IMG/VR virus record: IMGVR_UViG_2687453585_000002
From: a virus
Lineage: Duplodnaviria > Heunggongvirae > Uroviricota > Caudoviricetes
Length of the DNA: 54,826 bases
Reading direction: 5' to 3' (one strand)
The notes below the pieces were generated by a model. The model was not told the origin of the DNA and searched no databases. It saw nothing but the letters and a program-made list of their open reading frames with translations. This document shows, in pieces, positions 8,897-17,471 of the stretch (its first letter is position 1; the number at the start of each line of letters is the position of its first letter). The position numbers were made by a program, and so were the translations under genes.

Positions 8897-9667
8897 ATGG
8901 AAACCGTATCTGACGCACTGAAAGCACTGAAAAAAGCCTCTTCACATGTGGTGGCAGCTCGCCTTGGAATCAGTCGTGAAGAGGCTGTCAACGAGCTGTG
9001 GGAACTCAAAAGAAAAGGCGTCGTTGATAAAACTGGTCACACCTGGTTTCTGGCTGGCGAAGGTGAATCCCGGGTAACCGAAGAGCGGCCAGTAAAATCT
9101 GAAGCACAGGATATGCTGACCGGGGAGGTCGAACAAAAAGTTACCGCAGACATGATGATTGAGTTTATCGGTCAGGATGGGGCTAAAACGTGTGAGGAAC
9201 TGGCGGGTAAGTTCGGTGTCAGTACTCGCAAGGTTGCTTCCACGCTGGCGGTGGTAACCGCAACGGGGCGGCTGGCACGCGTTAATCAGAACGGTAAATT
9301 TCGTTACTGCATGCCGGGCGATAATTTACCAGCAGAGCCGAAAGCCGCGCTGGTAACGGAAAGTGATGGTAAGGCCTTTCCTCAGCCAGCAGGTGCTGCG
9401 TTACCAGTCCGGGAAGCCGCAACACAGGAAGAAATTAAAACAGAAACTGTGGCGGACATTGTGCAGCCGTTGCCATCGTTTACCGAAACGCAAGCAGATG
9501 AGCTGATTTTTCCGTCCCTTCGCAGGGCAAACCTGGCGCTGCGCAGGGCGAAAAGTGATGTTCAGAAGTGGGAGCGAGTCTGCGCCGCGCTGCGGGAGCT
9601 GAACAAGCACCGGGATATTGTTCGACAGATTACTGATTCTTCCCGCCGTGTTGTATCGGAAAAGTGA
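8897..9667 (+). CDS. hypothetical phage protein (nin-region)
   Basis: 256-aa ORF with GGAGG RBS; N-terminal winged-helix-like segment. Confidence 0.45.
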   Translation: METVSDALKALKKASSHVVAARLGISREEAVNELWELKRKGVVDKTGHTWFLAGEGESRVTEERPVKSEAQDMLTGEVEQKVTADMMIEFIGQDGAKTCEELAGKFGVSTRKVASTLAVVTATGRLARVNQNGKFRYCMPGDNLPAEPKAALVTESDGKAFPQPAGAALPVREAATQEEIKTETVADIVQPLPSFTETQADELIFPSLRRANLALRRAKSDVQKWERVCAALRELNKHRDIVRQITDSSRRVVSEK

Positions 9668-9682
9668 TTGCCGGAGGCGCTT

Positions 9683-10108
9683 ATGGCAAAAGTATTTACA
9701 CAAGAAGAGCGGGAAAAAATTAAAGGGCAGGTTGTTGAACTTGTACGTCTGAGCGGTCGCGAGACGTTGCGGCAACTGGAAGCCAAGACAGGTGCGACAA
9801 GATATCTGATGAGTGTTCTCGCCAGAGAGCTGGTTGCCAGTGGCGATGTATACAACTCTGGTTACGGGTTATTCCCGTCTGAACAGGCGCGTAAGGACTG
9901 GCAAAATGCTCGCAAAAAACTCTCAAGGGCAAAGGTGAAGAAACCTGCAGTGGTTGATCCGGACCTTATCTGGTCGTTACCAGACGGCGAAATACGCCGC
10001 TACGACAGGCGCCTGAATATAATCTGTCGCGAGTGCCGGAAGAGCGAAGCTATGCAGCGTGTACTGGCATTTTATCAAGGAAATGTTAGGTATTTTAGAC
10101 GTTACTAG
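9683..10108 (+). CDS. hypothetical phage protein
   Basis: ATG at 9683 preceded by GGAGG; 141 aa. Confidence 0.45.
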   Translation: MAKVFTQEEREKIKGQVVELVRLSGRETLRQLEAKTGATRYLMSVLARELVASGDVYNSGYGLFPSEQARKDWQNARKKLSRAKVKKPAVVDPDLIWSLPDGEIRRYDRRLNIICRECRKSEAMQRVLAFYQGNVRYFRRY

Positions 10109-10261
10109 ATTAAAGAGCATTAGTTCAGATGTGAATTGACATTTTCATGGCGCAGGGTAGAGCCAGCGTGGTTGTCCGCTTTGCGTCAAAACCAGATATT
10201 ACCAGATTTAGACATATATTCCCGATAGCCCTGCTCTGATGCTACACTCTGTGCTATTTTC

Positions 10262-10948
10262 ATGACCCCAATAAAAATATTTATGACTATTGCTGATTTC
10301 AAACGGCCTAAATTGGAGCTCCCAAACGGGGCAAACAAACTACTACTGCACTCTTGCTGTGCTCCATGTTCCGGTGAAGTGATGGAGGCGCTTCAGGCCT
10401 CGGGAATCGACTACACCATCTTTTTCTACAACCCGAACATTCATCCTCAGAAAGAGTATTTAATTCGTAAGGATGAAAATATTCGCTTTGCTGAACAACA
10501 CGGCGTGCCGTTTATCGATGCTGATTACGACACCGACAACTGGTTTGAACGTGCCAAAGGAATGGAATGGGAGCCTGAGAGGGGGATCCGTTGTACCATG
10601 TGTTTTGACATGCGTTTTGAGCGGACAGCGTTGTACGCTGCTGAAAATGGTTTCAGTGTGATCAGCAGTTCACTGGGCATTTCACGCTGGAAAAATATGC
10701 AGCAGGTTAACGAGTGTGGGCGGCGAGCTGTTGCGCATTATCCGGGTATGGTGTACTGGGATTATAACTGGCGCAAGCAGGGCGGCTCGTCCCGTATGAT
10801 TGAAATCAGCAAGCGCGAAAAATTCTATCAGCAGGAATATTGTGGCTGTGTGTATTCTCTGCGCGATACCAATCTACACCGCAAATCTCAGGGACGCCCT
10901 CTTATCAAAATTGGCCAACTCCACTACGGAAAAGAAGAGAAGGAGTGA
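10262..10948 (+). CDS. DUF208/QueH-like protein (putative epoxyqueuosine reductase)
   Basis: [11 protein letters not shown] motif near N-terminus plus CTMC and CGC cysteine motifs and ~220-aa size fit the QueH family; start 10262 or 10283. Confidence 0.55.
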   Translation: MTPIKIFMTIADFKRPKLELPNGANKLLLHSCCAPCSGEVMEALQASGIDYTIFFYNPNIHPQKEYLIRKDENIRFAEQHGVPFIDADYDTDNWFERAKGMEWEPERGIRCTMCFDMRFERTALYAAENGFSVISSSLGISRWKNMQQVNECGRRAVAHYPGMVYWDYNWRKQGGSSRMIEISKREKFYQQEYCGCVYSLRDTNLHRKSQGRPLIKIGQLHYGKEEKE

Positions 10949-11185
10949 TTTTATGGATCACCTTTCTGATTGATTTCATATTGGCGAGGTGACGTGAGTT
11001 AAGTAGAATGGCTGCGGGTGCTTGAGGCTATCTGTCTCAGGCATGAACACTGAAAGGCAGATAGAGAAAAGCCCCAGTTAACATTTCGCGTCCTGCAAGA
11101 CGCTTAACATTAATCTGAGGCCCAATCTATGTCTCACAAATGTAGGTTAGCCTCTTACGTGCCGAAAGGCAAGGGGAAGCAGGCT

Positions 11186-11341
11186 ATGAAGCAGCAAAAG
11201 GCGATGTTAATCGCCCTGATCGTCATCTGTTTAACCGTCATAGTGACGGCACTGGTAACGAGGAAAGACCTCTGCGAGGTACGACTCCGAACCGGCCAGA
11301 CGGAGGTCGCTGTCTTCACAGCTTACGAACCTGAGGAGTAA
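11186..11341 (+). CDS. hok: Hok/Gef-family type I toxin (HokD/RelF-like)
   Basis: 51-aa product MKQQKAMLIALIVICLTVIVTALVTRKDLCEVRLRTGQTEVAVFTAYEPEE matches HokD nearly exactly as recalled; single TM helix. Confidence 0.85.
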   Translation: MKQQKAMLIALIVICLTVIVTALVTRKDLCEVRLRTGQTEVAVFTAYEPEE

Positions 11342-11400
11342 GAGACCCGGCGGGGGAGAAATCCCTCGCCACCTCTGATGTGTCAGGCATCCTCAACGCA

Positions 11401-11437
11401 CCCGCACTTAACCCGGTTCGGCGGGTTTTGTTTTTTT
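11401..11437 (+). terminator. intrinsic terminator after hok
   Basis: CCCGC...GGCGGG hairpin followed by TTTTGTTTTTTT. Confidence 0.6.
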
Positions 11438-11508
11438 CTGGCATTCTGGTTTACAATTCGCACGTCAGCCTGAACACCTGACACCTGCTGCGCCAGCAGA
11501 GAAAACAG

Positions 11509-11781
11509 ATGGCGCACAAAACCAAATTTCACAATTCTGATACCGACCTTGCCATCCGGCATGGGCGGCGTTCACACGCATTTAAAACCGACTGGTACCA
11601 ACACCCACCATGTACTGAAGAACAGGCCGAATGGCTAATTCATAACTACCGCAGACGCGGATACGAGATTAAGAAAGCCCTCAGCCTCGATTATCGTCAC
11701 TGGATAATCTCCGTCAGGCTTCCTTACTCTGAACGCCCACCGCGTCCGTCCCGCACATTCCAGCAACGCATCTGGAGGTAA
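11509..11781 (+). CDS. hypothetical protein, Rem-like by position
   Basis: 90-aa ORF between hok and DUF968 gene, as in Qin hokD-rem-ydfU order. Confidence 0.4.
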   Translation: MAHKTKFHNSDTDLAIRHGRRSHAFKTDWYQHPPCTEEQAEWLIHNYRRRGYEIKKALSLDYRHWIISVRLPYSERPPRPSRTFQQRIWR

Positions 11782-11782
11782 C

Positions 11783-12838
11783 GTGCGGGTATTACTTCGA
11801 CCTGTTCTGGTACCGGAACTCGGGCTGGTGATCGTTAAGCCGGGCCGTGAATCCATGCCGGTATTCCACAATACCCGGGTACTGGTGGAGCCGGAACCGA
11901 AAAGCATGCGTAATCTGCCGTCCGGGGTCGTTCCTGCCGTTCGCCAGCCGCTGGCGGAGGATAAATCATTACTGCCATTTTTCAGCGACGAACGAGTGAT
12001 TCGTGCTGCTGGTGGCGCTGGCGCATTGTCTGACTGGTTACTGCGCCATGTTAAATCCTGCCAGTGGCCACACGGCGATTATCACCACAGTGAAACCGTC
12101 ATTCACCGTTATGGTACCGGCGCAATGGTGTTGTGCTGGCACTGCGACAACCAGCTGCGCGACCAGACCTCCGAATCACTCGGGCAACTTGCTCACCAAA
12201 ACCTGTTTGCATGGATGATTGACGTCATACGCCATGCAATGAATGGCTCGCAGGAACGGGAATTATCGCTGGCTGAATTATCCTGGTGGGCGGTCCGCAA
12301 TCAGGTGGCGGACGCGCTACCGGAAGCGGTATTACGTCGTTCGCTGGGGTTGCGTGCGGAAAAAATCCGCTCAATGTACCGTGAAAGCGACATCGTACCG
12401 GGAGAGCAGACCGCCACCAGCATACTGAAGCAGCGCACAAAAAATCTTGCGCCGCTGCCTCACGCCCACCAGCAAAACCCGCCACAGGAAAAGACGGTGG
12501 TCAGCATTGCCGTTGATCCGGAGTCACCGGCTCAGTATCTCCAGCGCCAGAAATCACAACGGGAAGAGATGCCTGTATACACGCGTTGGGTAAAAACGCA
12601 GAAATGCATGACGTGTGGCAATCAGGCAGATGATCCGCATCACATCATTGGTCATGGACTGGGAGGGATGGGAACAAAGGCTGATGATTTGTTTGTTATT
12701 CCGCTGTGCCGTAAATGCCATAGCGAACTACACGCCGGGGTAAAAGATTTTGAAGAAAAACACGGCAGCCAGCTGTTGTTGCTGATTCGTTTTTTAATGC
12801 ACGCGAGAAATTCGGGTGTTCTGAAGTGGAAAGCATAA
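11783..12838 (+). CDS. DUF968/YdfU-like protein with C-terminal HNH-like cysteine/histidine motif
   Basis: GTG start with GGAGG RBS; C-terminal CMTCG...HHIIGHGLGGMG...CRKCH motif; 351 aa. Confidence 0.55.
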   Translation: MRVLLRPVLVPELGLVIVKPGRESMPVFHNTRVLVEPEPKSMRNLPSGVVPAVRQPLAEDKSLLPFFSDERVIRAAGGAGALSDWLLRHVKSCQWPHGDYHHSETVIHRYGTGAMVLCWHCDNQLRDQTSESLGQLAHQNLFAWMIDVIRHAMNGSQERELSLAELSWWAVRNQVADALPEAVLRRSLGLRAEKIRSMYRESDIVPGEQTATSILKQRTKNLAPLPHAHQQNPPQEKTVVSIAVDPESPAQYLQRQKSQREEMPVYTRWVKTQKCMTCGNQADDPHHIIGHGLGGMGTKADDLFVIPLCRKCHSELHAGVKDFEEKHGSQLLLLIRFLMHARNSGVLKWKA

Positions 12839-13219
12839 ATGACTGAACGCATAGAATTTGTTTTGCCTTACCCGCCAACGGTGAACACTTACTGGCGTCG
12901 TCGTGGCAGCACATATTTTGTATCAAAAGCCGGGGAGCGTTATCGCCGGGCAGTGGCGCTTATTGTTCGCCAGCAGCGGCTGAAATTAAGCCTGTCCGGA
13001 AGGTTGGCAATAAAAATTATTGCAGAACCACCGGATAAGCGCCGCCGTGATCTGGACAATATTCTGAAAGCGCCGCTGGATGCGCTGACGCATGCGGGGT
13101 TGCTAATGGACGATGAGCAGTTTGATGAAATCAATATCGTTCGTGGTCAGCCAGTATCTGGTGGACGTCTGGGGGTGAAGATTTACCCCATAATGCATGA
13201 AGAGCAGGTCAAAAAATGA
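12839..13219 (+). CDS. rusA: Holliday junction resolvase RusA
   Basis: 126 aa; conserved PPxxNxYW N-terminus and DRRRRDLDN catalytic motif. Confidence 0.85.
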   Translation: MTERIEFVLPYPPTVNTYWRRRGSTYFVSKAGERYRRAVALIVRQQRLKLSLSGRLAIKIIAEPPDKRRRDLDNILKAPLDALTHAGLLMDDEQFDEINIVRGQPVSGGRLGVKIYPIMHEEQVKK

Positions 13220-14037
13220 AACTGGAAGATTTACCGAAATACTACTCCCCAAAATCCCCCGGCCTGACTGATGCATCGGCCTCAACGTCGAAAGATGCGC
13301 TGAGTATCACTGATGTGATGGCCGCGCAGGGCATGACACAGAATCGGGCTGAGATGGGGTTTTCTGCGTTCCTGGGGAAAATGGGCATCAGTATGAATGA
13401 CAGGGCGCGGGCAACAGAATTACTGGCAGATTATGCACTCAGTCGGTGCGATCGTGTGGCGGCGTTGAGAAAACTTCCGGCAGAAATAAAACCGGTAGTG
13501 ATGCGCATTATGGCTTCGTACGCTTTTGAGGATTATGCCCGCAGCGCAGCGAGTAAAAAGCAGTGCCCCTGTTGCCGAGGGGAAAAATTTATTGAAGGCG
13601 AAGTTTTTACAAACAAGGTTCAGTATCCGGATGGCAAGCCGCCAGTATGGGCAAAGTGTACGAAAGGTGTGTATCCGTCTTACTGGGAAGAATGGAAAAA
13701 AATTCGGGAGGTGGTGAAAGTTTCTTGTCCTGAATGTAAAGGGAAGGGGGAGATTTCCACTGCCTGTAAAGACTGCCGTGGGCGTGGTGTCGCCATTCAT
13801 CGTGAAGAGTCGGTAAAACGTGGTATGCCTGTTATCAGAGACTGCCAGCGTTGTGGTGGTCGTGGCTGTGAAAGACTACCATCAACGGAGGCATTTAATG
13901 CCATATGCAAAGTGACGAGTGCTATCACGCTTGATACGTGGAAAAAATCAGTGAAACGCTTTTACGATACGTTGGTGGTTCGGTTTGACATTGAAGAGGC
14001 ATGGGCGGAGCGGCAGTTAAAGAGGGTAACGCGATAG
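13216..14037 (+). CDS. late gene antiterminator Q-like protein
   Basis: 273 aa with multiple CxxC zinc motifs; last gene before a strong terminator and the late region. Confidence 0.7.
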   Translation: MKLEDLPKYYSPKSPGLTDASASTSKDALSITDVMAAQGMTQNRAEMGFSAFLGKMGISMNDRARATELLADYALSRCDRVAALRKLPAEIKPVVMRIMASYAFEDYARSAASKKQCPCCRGEKFIEGEVFTNKVQYPDGKPPVWAKCTKGVYPSYWEEWKKIREVVKVSCPECKGKGEISTACKDCRGRGVAIHREESVKRGMPVIRDCQRCGGRGCERLPSTEAFNAICKVTSAITLDTWKKSVKRFYDTLVVRFDIEEAWAERQLKRVTR

Positions 14038-14117
14038 TGTTGTTGATTTTTCCCGAATCTGTGGTAAATTTGCTCTAACGATGGGCGTTTTATGCCTGAC
14101 GTTAGAAGATTTTTTAC

Positions 14118-14143
14118 ACCCCGCCGCCTGGCGGGTTTTTTAT
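14118..14143 (+). terminator. intrinsic terminator (tR'-like) downstream of Q
   Basis: CCGCC-GCCT-GGCGG hairpin followed by GTTTTTTAT. Confidence 0.7.
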
Positions 14144-14263
14144 GACTGAAATCGCGTCAGTACAGTAAACGCGCTGGTGGCGGTGAATACCTGTCTTTCA
14201 GCTTGCTGGCTTTTTCGACAAGAGTTATTGGTGTGTCACGTTAACCGGAAAAGGGAAAAAGAC

Positions 14264-14461
14264 ATGCTGAAACAGCAGGATATGACAGAAACCGCCAGAG
14301 TGGTGTTTAATGAATTAAGCGTCACCGAACCGGCGACAGCCGGGGAGATTGCGCAGAATACTTACCTTTCACGCGAACGCTGCCAGTTAATACTGACCCA
14401 GCTGGTTATGGCGGGTCTGGCAGACTATCAGTTCGGTTGTTACAGACGCCTTCCGCAGTGA
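14264..14461 (+). CDS. hypothetical small protein
   Basis: ATG at 14264 with AAGGGA RBS; 65 aa. Confidence 0.4.
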   Translation: MLKQQDMTETARVVFNELSVTEPATAGEIAQNTYLSRERCQLILTQLVMAGLADYQFGCYRRLPQ

Positions 14462-14612
14462 AGGCTTTTTTATTTGTGGTAAATGGGCGGCTGGTGGGTG
14501 TTAGGGGCACCCACCAGCCATCTGCTCATGCGTTGGGGTCACAAGCAAACCTCAGGCCCATCTGCTTTGCGCAAAAGCGGTATGAGCCTATCAGAGAAGT
14601 GCTTATTGATCT

Positions 14613-15662
14613 ATGGCTAATACTGTAAAAATATCCAGTTGTGAGTTAATCAACGCCGACTGCCTGGAATTTATCCGGTCGTTACCCGAAAATTCTGTTG
14701 ACCTGATAGTCACGGACCCGCCGTACTTTAAAGTGAAGCCTGAGGGCTGGGATAACCAGTGGAAGGGCGACGATGATTACCTGAAGTGGCTGGACCAGTG
14801 TCTGGCGCAGTTCTGGCGGGTGCTGAAACCTGCCGGAAGTCTTTACCTGTTCTGTGGTCATCGCCTGGCATCTGATATCGAAATCATGATGCGTGAACGC
14901 TTCAGTGTGCTGAACCATATTATCTGGGCGAAGCCGTCCGGACGCTGGAACGGATGCAACAAGGAAAGCCTGCGGGCGTATTTCCCCGCCACAGAGCGCA
15001 TTCTGTTCGCGGAACATTATCAGGGGCCGTATCGTCCGAAAGATGCCGGGTATGCGGCGAAGGGCAGTGCACTGAAACAGCATGTGATGGCCCCGCTGAT
15101 TTCTTACTTTCGTGATGCGCGCGCGGCCCTGGGGATAACGGCAAAACAGATTGCAGATGCCACAGGAAAGAAAAACATGGTGTCGCACTGGTTCAGTGCC
15201 AGTCAGTGGCAGCTACCGAACGAAAGCGATTATCTGAAATTACAGTCGCTGTTTGCCCGGGTGGCAGAAGAGAAACATCAGCGCGGTGAACTGGAAAAGC
15301 CCCACCACCAGCTGGTGGATACGTATACGTCACTGAACCGGCAGTATGTGGAGCTGCAGAGTGAATATAAGCATCTGCGGCGGTATTTTGGTGTGACGGC
15401 GCAGGTGCCGTACACGGATGTGTGGACACATAAACCGGTGCAGTTCTATCCCGGGAAACATCCGTGCGAAAAACCGGCAGAAATGCTGCAGCAGATAATC
15501 AGCGCAAGCAGTCGTCCGGGTGACCTGGTTGCAGATTTTTTTATGGGCTCAGGTTCAACGGTAAAAGCGGCACTGGCGCTCGGGCGTCGTGCGATTGGCG
15601 TTGAGCTGGAGACCGGACGTTTTGAGCAGACAGTCAGGGAAGTTCAGGGTTTAATCGTTTGA
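14613..15662 (+). CDS. DNA N6-adenine (or N4-cytosine) methyltransferase, orphan
   Basis: motif IV DPPY (IVTDPPYF) near N-terminus and motif I FxGxG (DFFMGSGS) near C-terminus; no adjacent restriction gene. Confidence 0.8.
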   Translation: MANTVKISSCELINADCLEFIRSLPENSVDLIVTDPPYFKVKPEGWDNQWKGDDDYLKWLDQCLAQFWRVLKPAGSLYLFCGHRLASDIEIMMRERFSVLNHIIWAKPSGRWNGCNKESLRAYFPATERILFAEHYQGPYRPKDAGYAAKGSALKQHVMAPLISYFRDARAALGITAKQIADATGKKNMVSHWFSASQWQLPNESDYLKLQSLFARVAEEKHQRGELEKPHHQLVDTYTSLNRQYVELQSEYKHLRRYFGVTAQVPYTDVWTHKPVQFYPGKHPCEKPAEMLQQIISASSRPGDLVADFFMGSGSTVKAALALGRRAIGVELETGRFEQTVREVQGLIV

Positions 15663-15711
15663 AACGGATGAGATTGCAGAATTAATTACGCACCATTATT
15701 ATTCTGCTCCC

Positions 15712-15787
15712 GGCCCTTTAGCTCAGTGGTGAGAGCGAGCGACTCATAATCGCCAGGTCGCTGGTTCAAATCCAGCAAGGGCCACCA
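15712..15787 (+). tRNA. tRNA with CAU anticodon (Ile2/Met type)
   Basis: acceptor stem GGCCCTT/AAGGGCC, GTTCAAATCC T-loop, anticodon loop CTCATAA, 3' CCA. Confidence 0.8.
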
Positions 15788-15887
15788 TCACAAACCGCCA
15801 TTAGCTTATCAGGAAGAGCAGACGACACGATAACAGGGTTGTTGGTGCGGGGGCGGGTCCCCGATGGCGGTCCATTATCGGTATTCA

Positions 15888-15964
15888 GCGTTGTTAGCTC
15901 AGCCGGACAGAGCAATTGCCTTCTAAGCAATCGGTCACTGGTTCGAATCCAGTACAGCGCGCCA
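15888..15964 (+). tRNA. tRNA-Arg (UCU)
   Basis: acceptor stem GCGTTGT/ACAGCGC, T-loop GGTTCGAATCC, anticodon loop CTTCTAA, 3' GCCA. Confidence 0.8.
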
Positions 15965-16071
15965 TATTCATTCTTCCAGATTCCTTCCGGCAGAGCCTTA
16001 TACTGAAATATACCTGGCTCAGGATATTGTTGAAAATATTATATGTTTGTCAAAAATAAAAGTTCTGTTAA

Positions 16072-16428
16072 GTGTTGATTGAGTGTTTGTTATACGGTCT
16101 AATGGTTTTTTCAGCATTAAATATTTATCATTCATATGGTGTGGGTAGAGTGAATATTGATGAGGCGTCGGGGTGTTTCATCCTTAGGCAGCGTATTGAT
16201 ATAGTCAATGCAGCACGAGCAAAGGCCTTCAGCCGTTTGACAGTTTTGTTCTGTACTCCTGATCGTCTTTCGGGAAGAGACGTTATTATTCTGAATAGTG
16301 ATGCTATACAGAGGGTTTGCGATGAGTTCATGGTGGCTAATTCAGAATTATTTACTCTTGTTCAGGAGTACAACAGAATAGCCAGGACCTGTGGTATGGA
16401 TGAACTTCGGATTACTCATCTGGGGTAG
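16072..16428 (+). CDS. hypothetical protein (cargo locus, function unknown)
   Basis: 118-aa ORF from GTG (in-frame ATG 16102 and GTG 16150 alternatives); no recognisable motif; weak RBS. Confidence 0.3.
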   Translation: MLIECLLYGLMVFSALNIYHSYGVGRVNIDEASGCFILRQRIDIVNAARAKAFSRLTVLFCTPDRLSGRDVIILNSDAIQRVCDEFMVANSELFTLVQEYNRIARTCGMDELRITHLG

Positions 16429-16875
16429 ATACATATCTGGATTATCACCGGTTACGGTAAAAAGTGATTGCTTACTGTTTTTGTGAATGGCATTGCTGCA
16501 GCCGGATAATGTCAGTGCTGGCTGACGGTGTGCTGGTGGCGGGTGTGGTGGTTGTTGCTTTCCCGTTGCTGAAAAAGAAAACGCCAGACTGTTAGCCGGG
16601 TATCAGTTAGCGGGAGAAATTTTTAAATACTTCACAATTCAGGCGGTTGATTGTTGTCTGGTTTGCGGGGAGTTTGTTAAAAGAAACTGGCATGGTGAAT
16701 CCCCCTGTGCGGAGGGGCAATCAGCGAGTAGGTATATGGGATAATCGCGGATTCAGGTGCTGGTACTGAATTCACCGGGAGGCACCCGGCACCATGCAAT
16801 GGCACATAGCGCCACTCTCCAGCCCCTCTCCGGAGGGGCTGTTTATATTGATTTTGTCAGATGTGAGTAAACTCC

Positions 16876-17211
16876 TTATGGACTTTGTTGTTTTAGTCCA
16901 TAAGGACATATTTGCAGAGTGCAACGGTTATTAAAGCATTCATTCAATACGTTATCTGTATTTGTAGGGCATTCCTGGCTGTTTTTGATTAAATTCCAGA
17001 ATGTTTTATTGAATGGTACTACGTTGTAAATGGTTACAGGTAGCACTTTGTTATTGAGCATGATGCCTGTGTGAGTCAGTGTAAATATACTTTCAGGAGG
17101 TAAGAAAGCATCCGATTGATACCAGATTATTAATTTTATTTTACTCCATATGACTGAAAAAGATATTCCGCATGATGGCTGGATAACTGTATCAATCACA
17201 ATCCACTTCAT
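16876..17211 (-). CDS. hypothetical cysteine-containing protein (AT-rich cargo)
   Basis: 111-aa ORF with AAGGAA RBS 7 nt upstream of ATG; 4 Cys in C-terminal third; visibly AT-rich relative to flanks. Confidence 0.45.
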   Translation of the reverse strand: MKWIVIDTVIQPSCGISFSVIWSKIKLIIWYQSDAFLPPESIFTLTHTGIMLNNKVLPVTIYNVVPFNKTFWNLIKNSQECPTNTDNVLNECFNNRCTLQICPYGLKQQSP

Positions 17212-17471
17212 TTAGTTTCCTTGTTTATGCCTTGCTGGTGATGTTCTGAAAAGTATAAATGATATTTTTGATTGTAAACCATAGAGCAGAATTATTTTTC
17301 TGATGTTGTTTATTGTTTATTTAAATGCAGGGTGGTTTATATCTCGTCTTGTAGTTTATCCATGCATATCTGCTTGATGATGAGGTTTTTATTTAAGGTA
17401 TGGTTTTGTGTTTTTTCTGTATTACATGTCAGGTATTTTAAAGAATCATTTTTCAGATGGTGGAAAGAACC

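Noticed and set aside
11129-11185. Upstream in-frame extension of hok as a possible mok or longer precursor
   Set aside because: mok normally overlaps hok in a different frame; kept hok at the 51-aa start and flagged the extension as a finding instead
15788-15887. Possible third tRNA between the two tRNA genes (Stx phages often carry three)
   Set aside because: No cloverleaf features visible (no GTTCRA T-loop, no paired acceptor ends); treated as spacer or degraded remnant
16509-16595. 28-aa hydrophobic peptide ORF (MSVLADGVLVAGVVVVAFPLLKKKTPDC)
   Set aside because: No convincing RBS; not listed as a feature but mentioned within the cargo-locus finding
15965-17471. Shiga toxin genes stxA/stxB expected at this locus
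   Set aside because: Neither ORF resembles StxA (~319 aa, RNA N-glycosidase) or StxB (~89 aa); sizes and sequences do not fit
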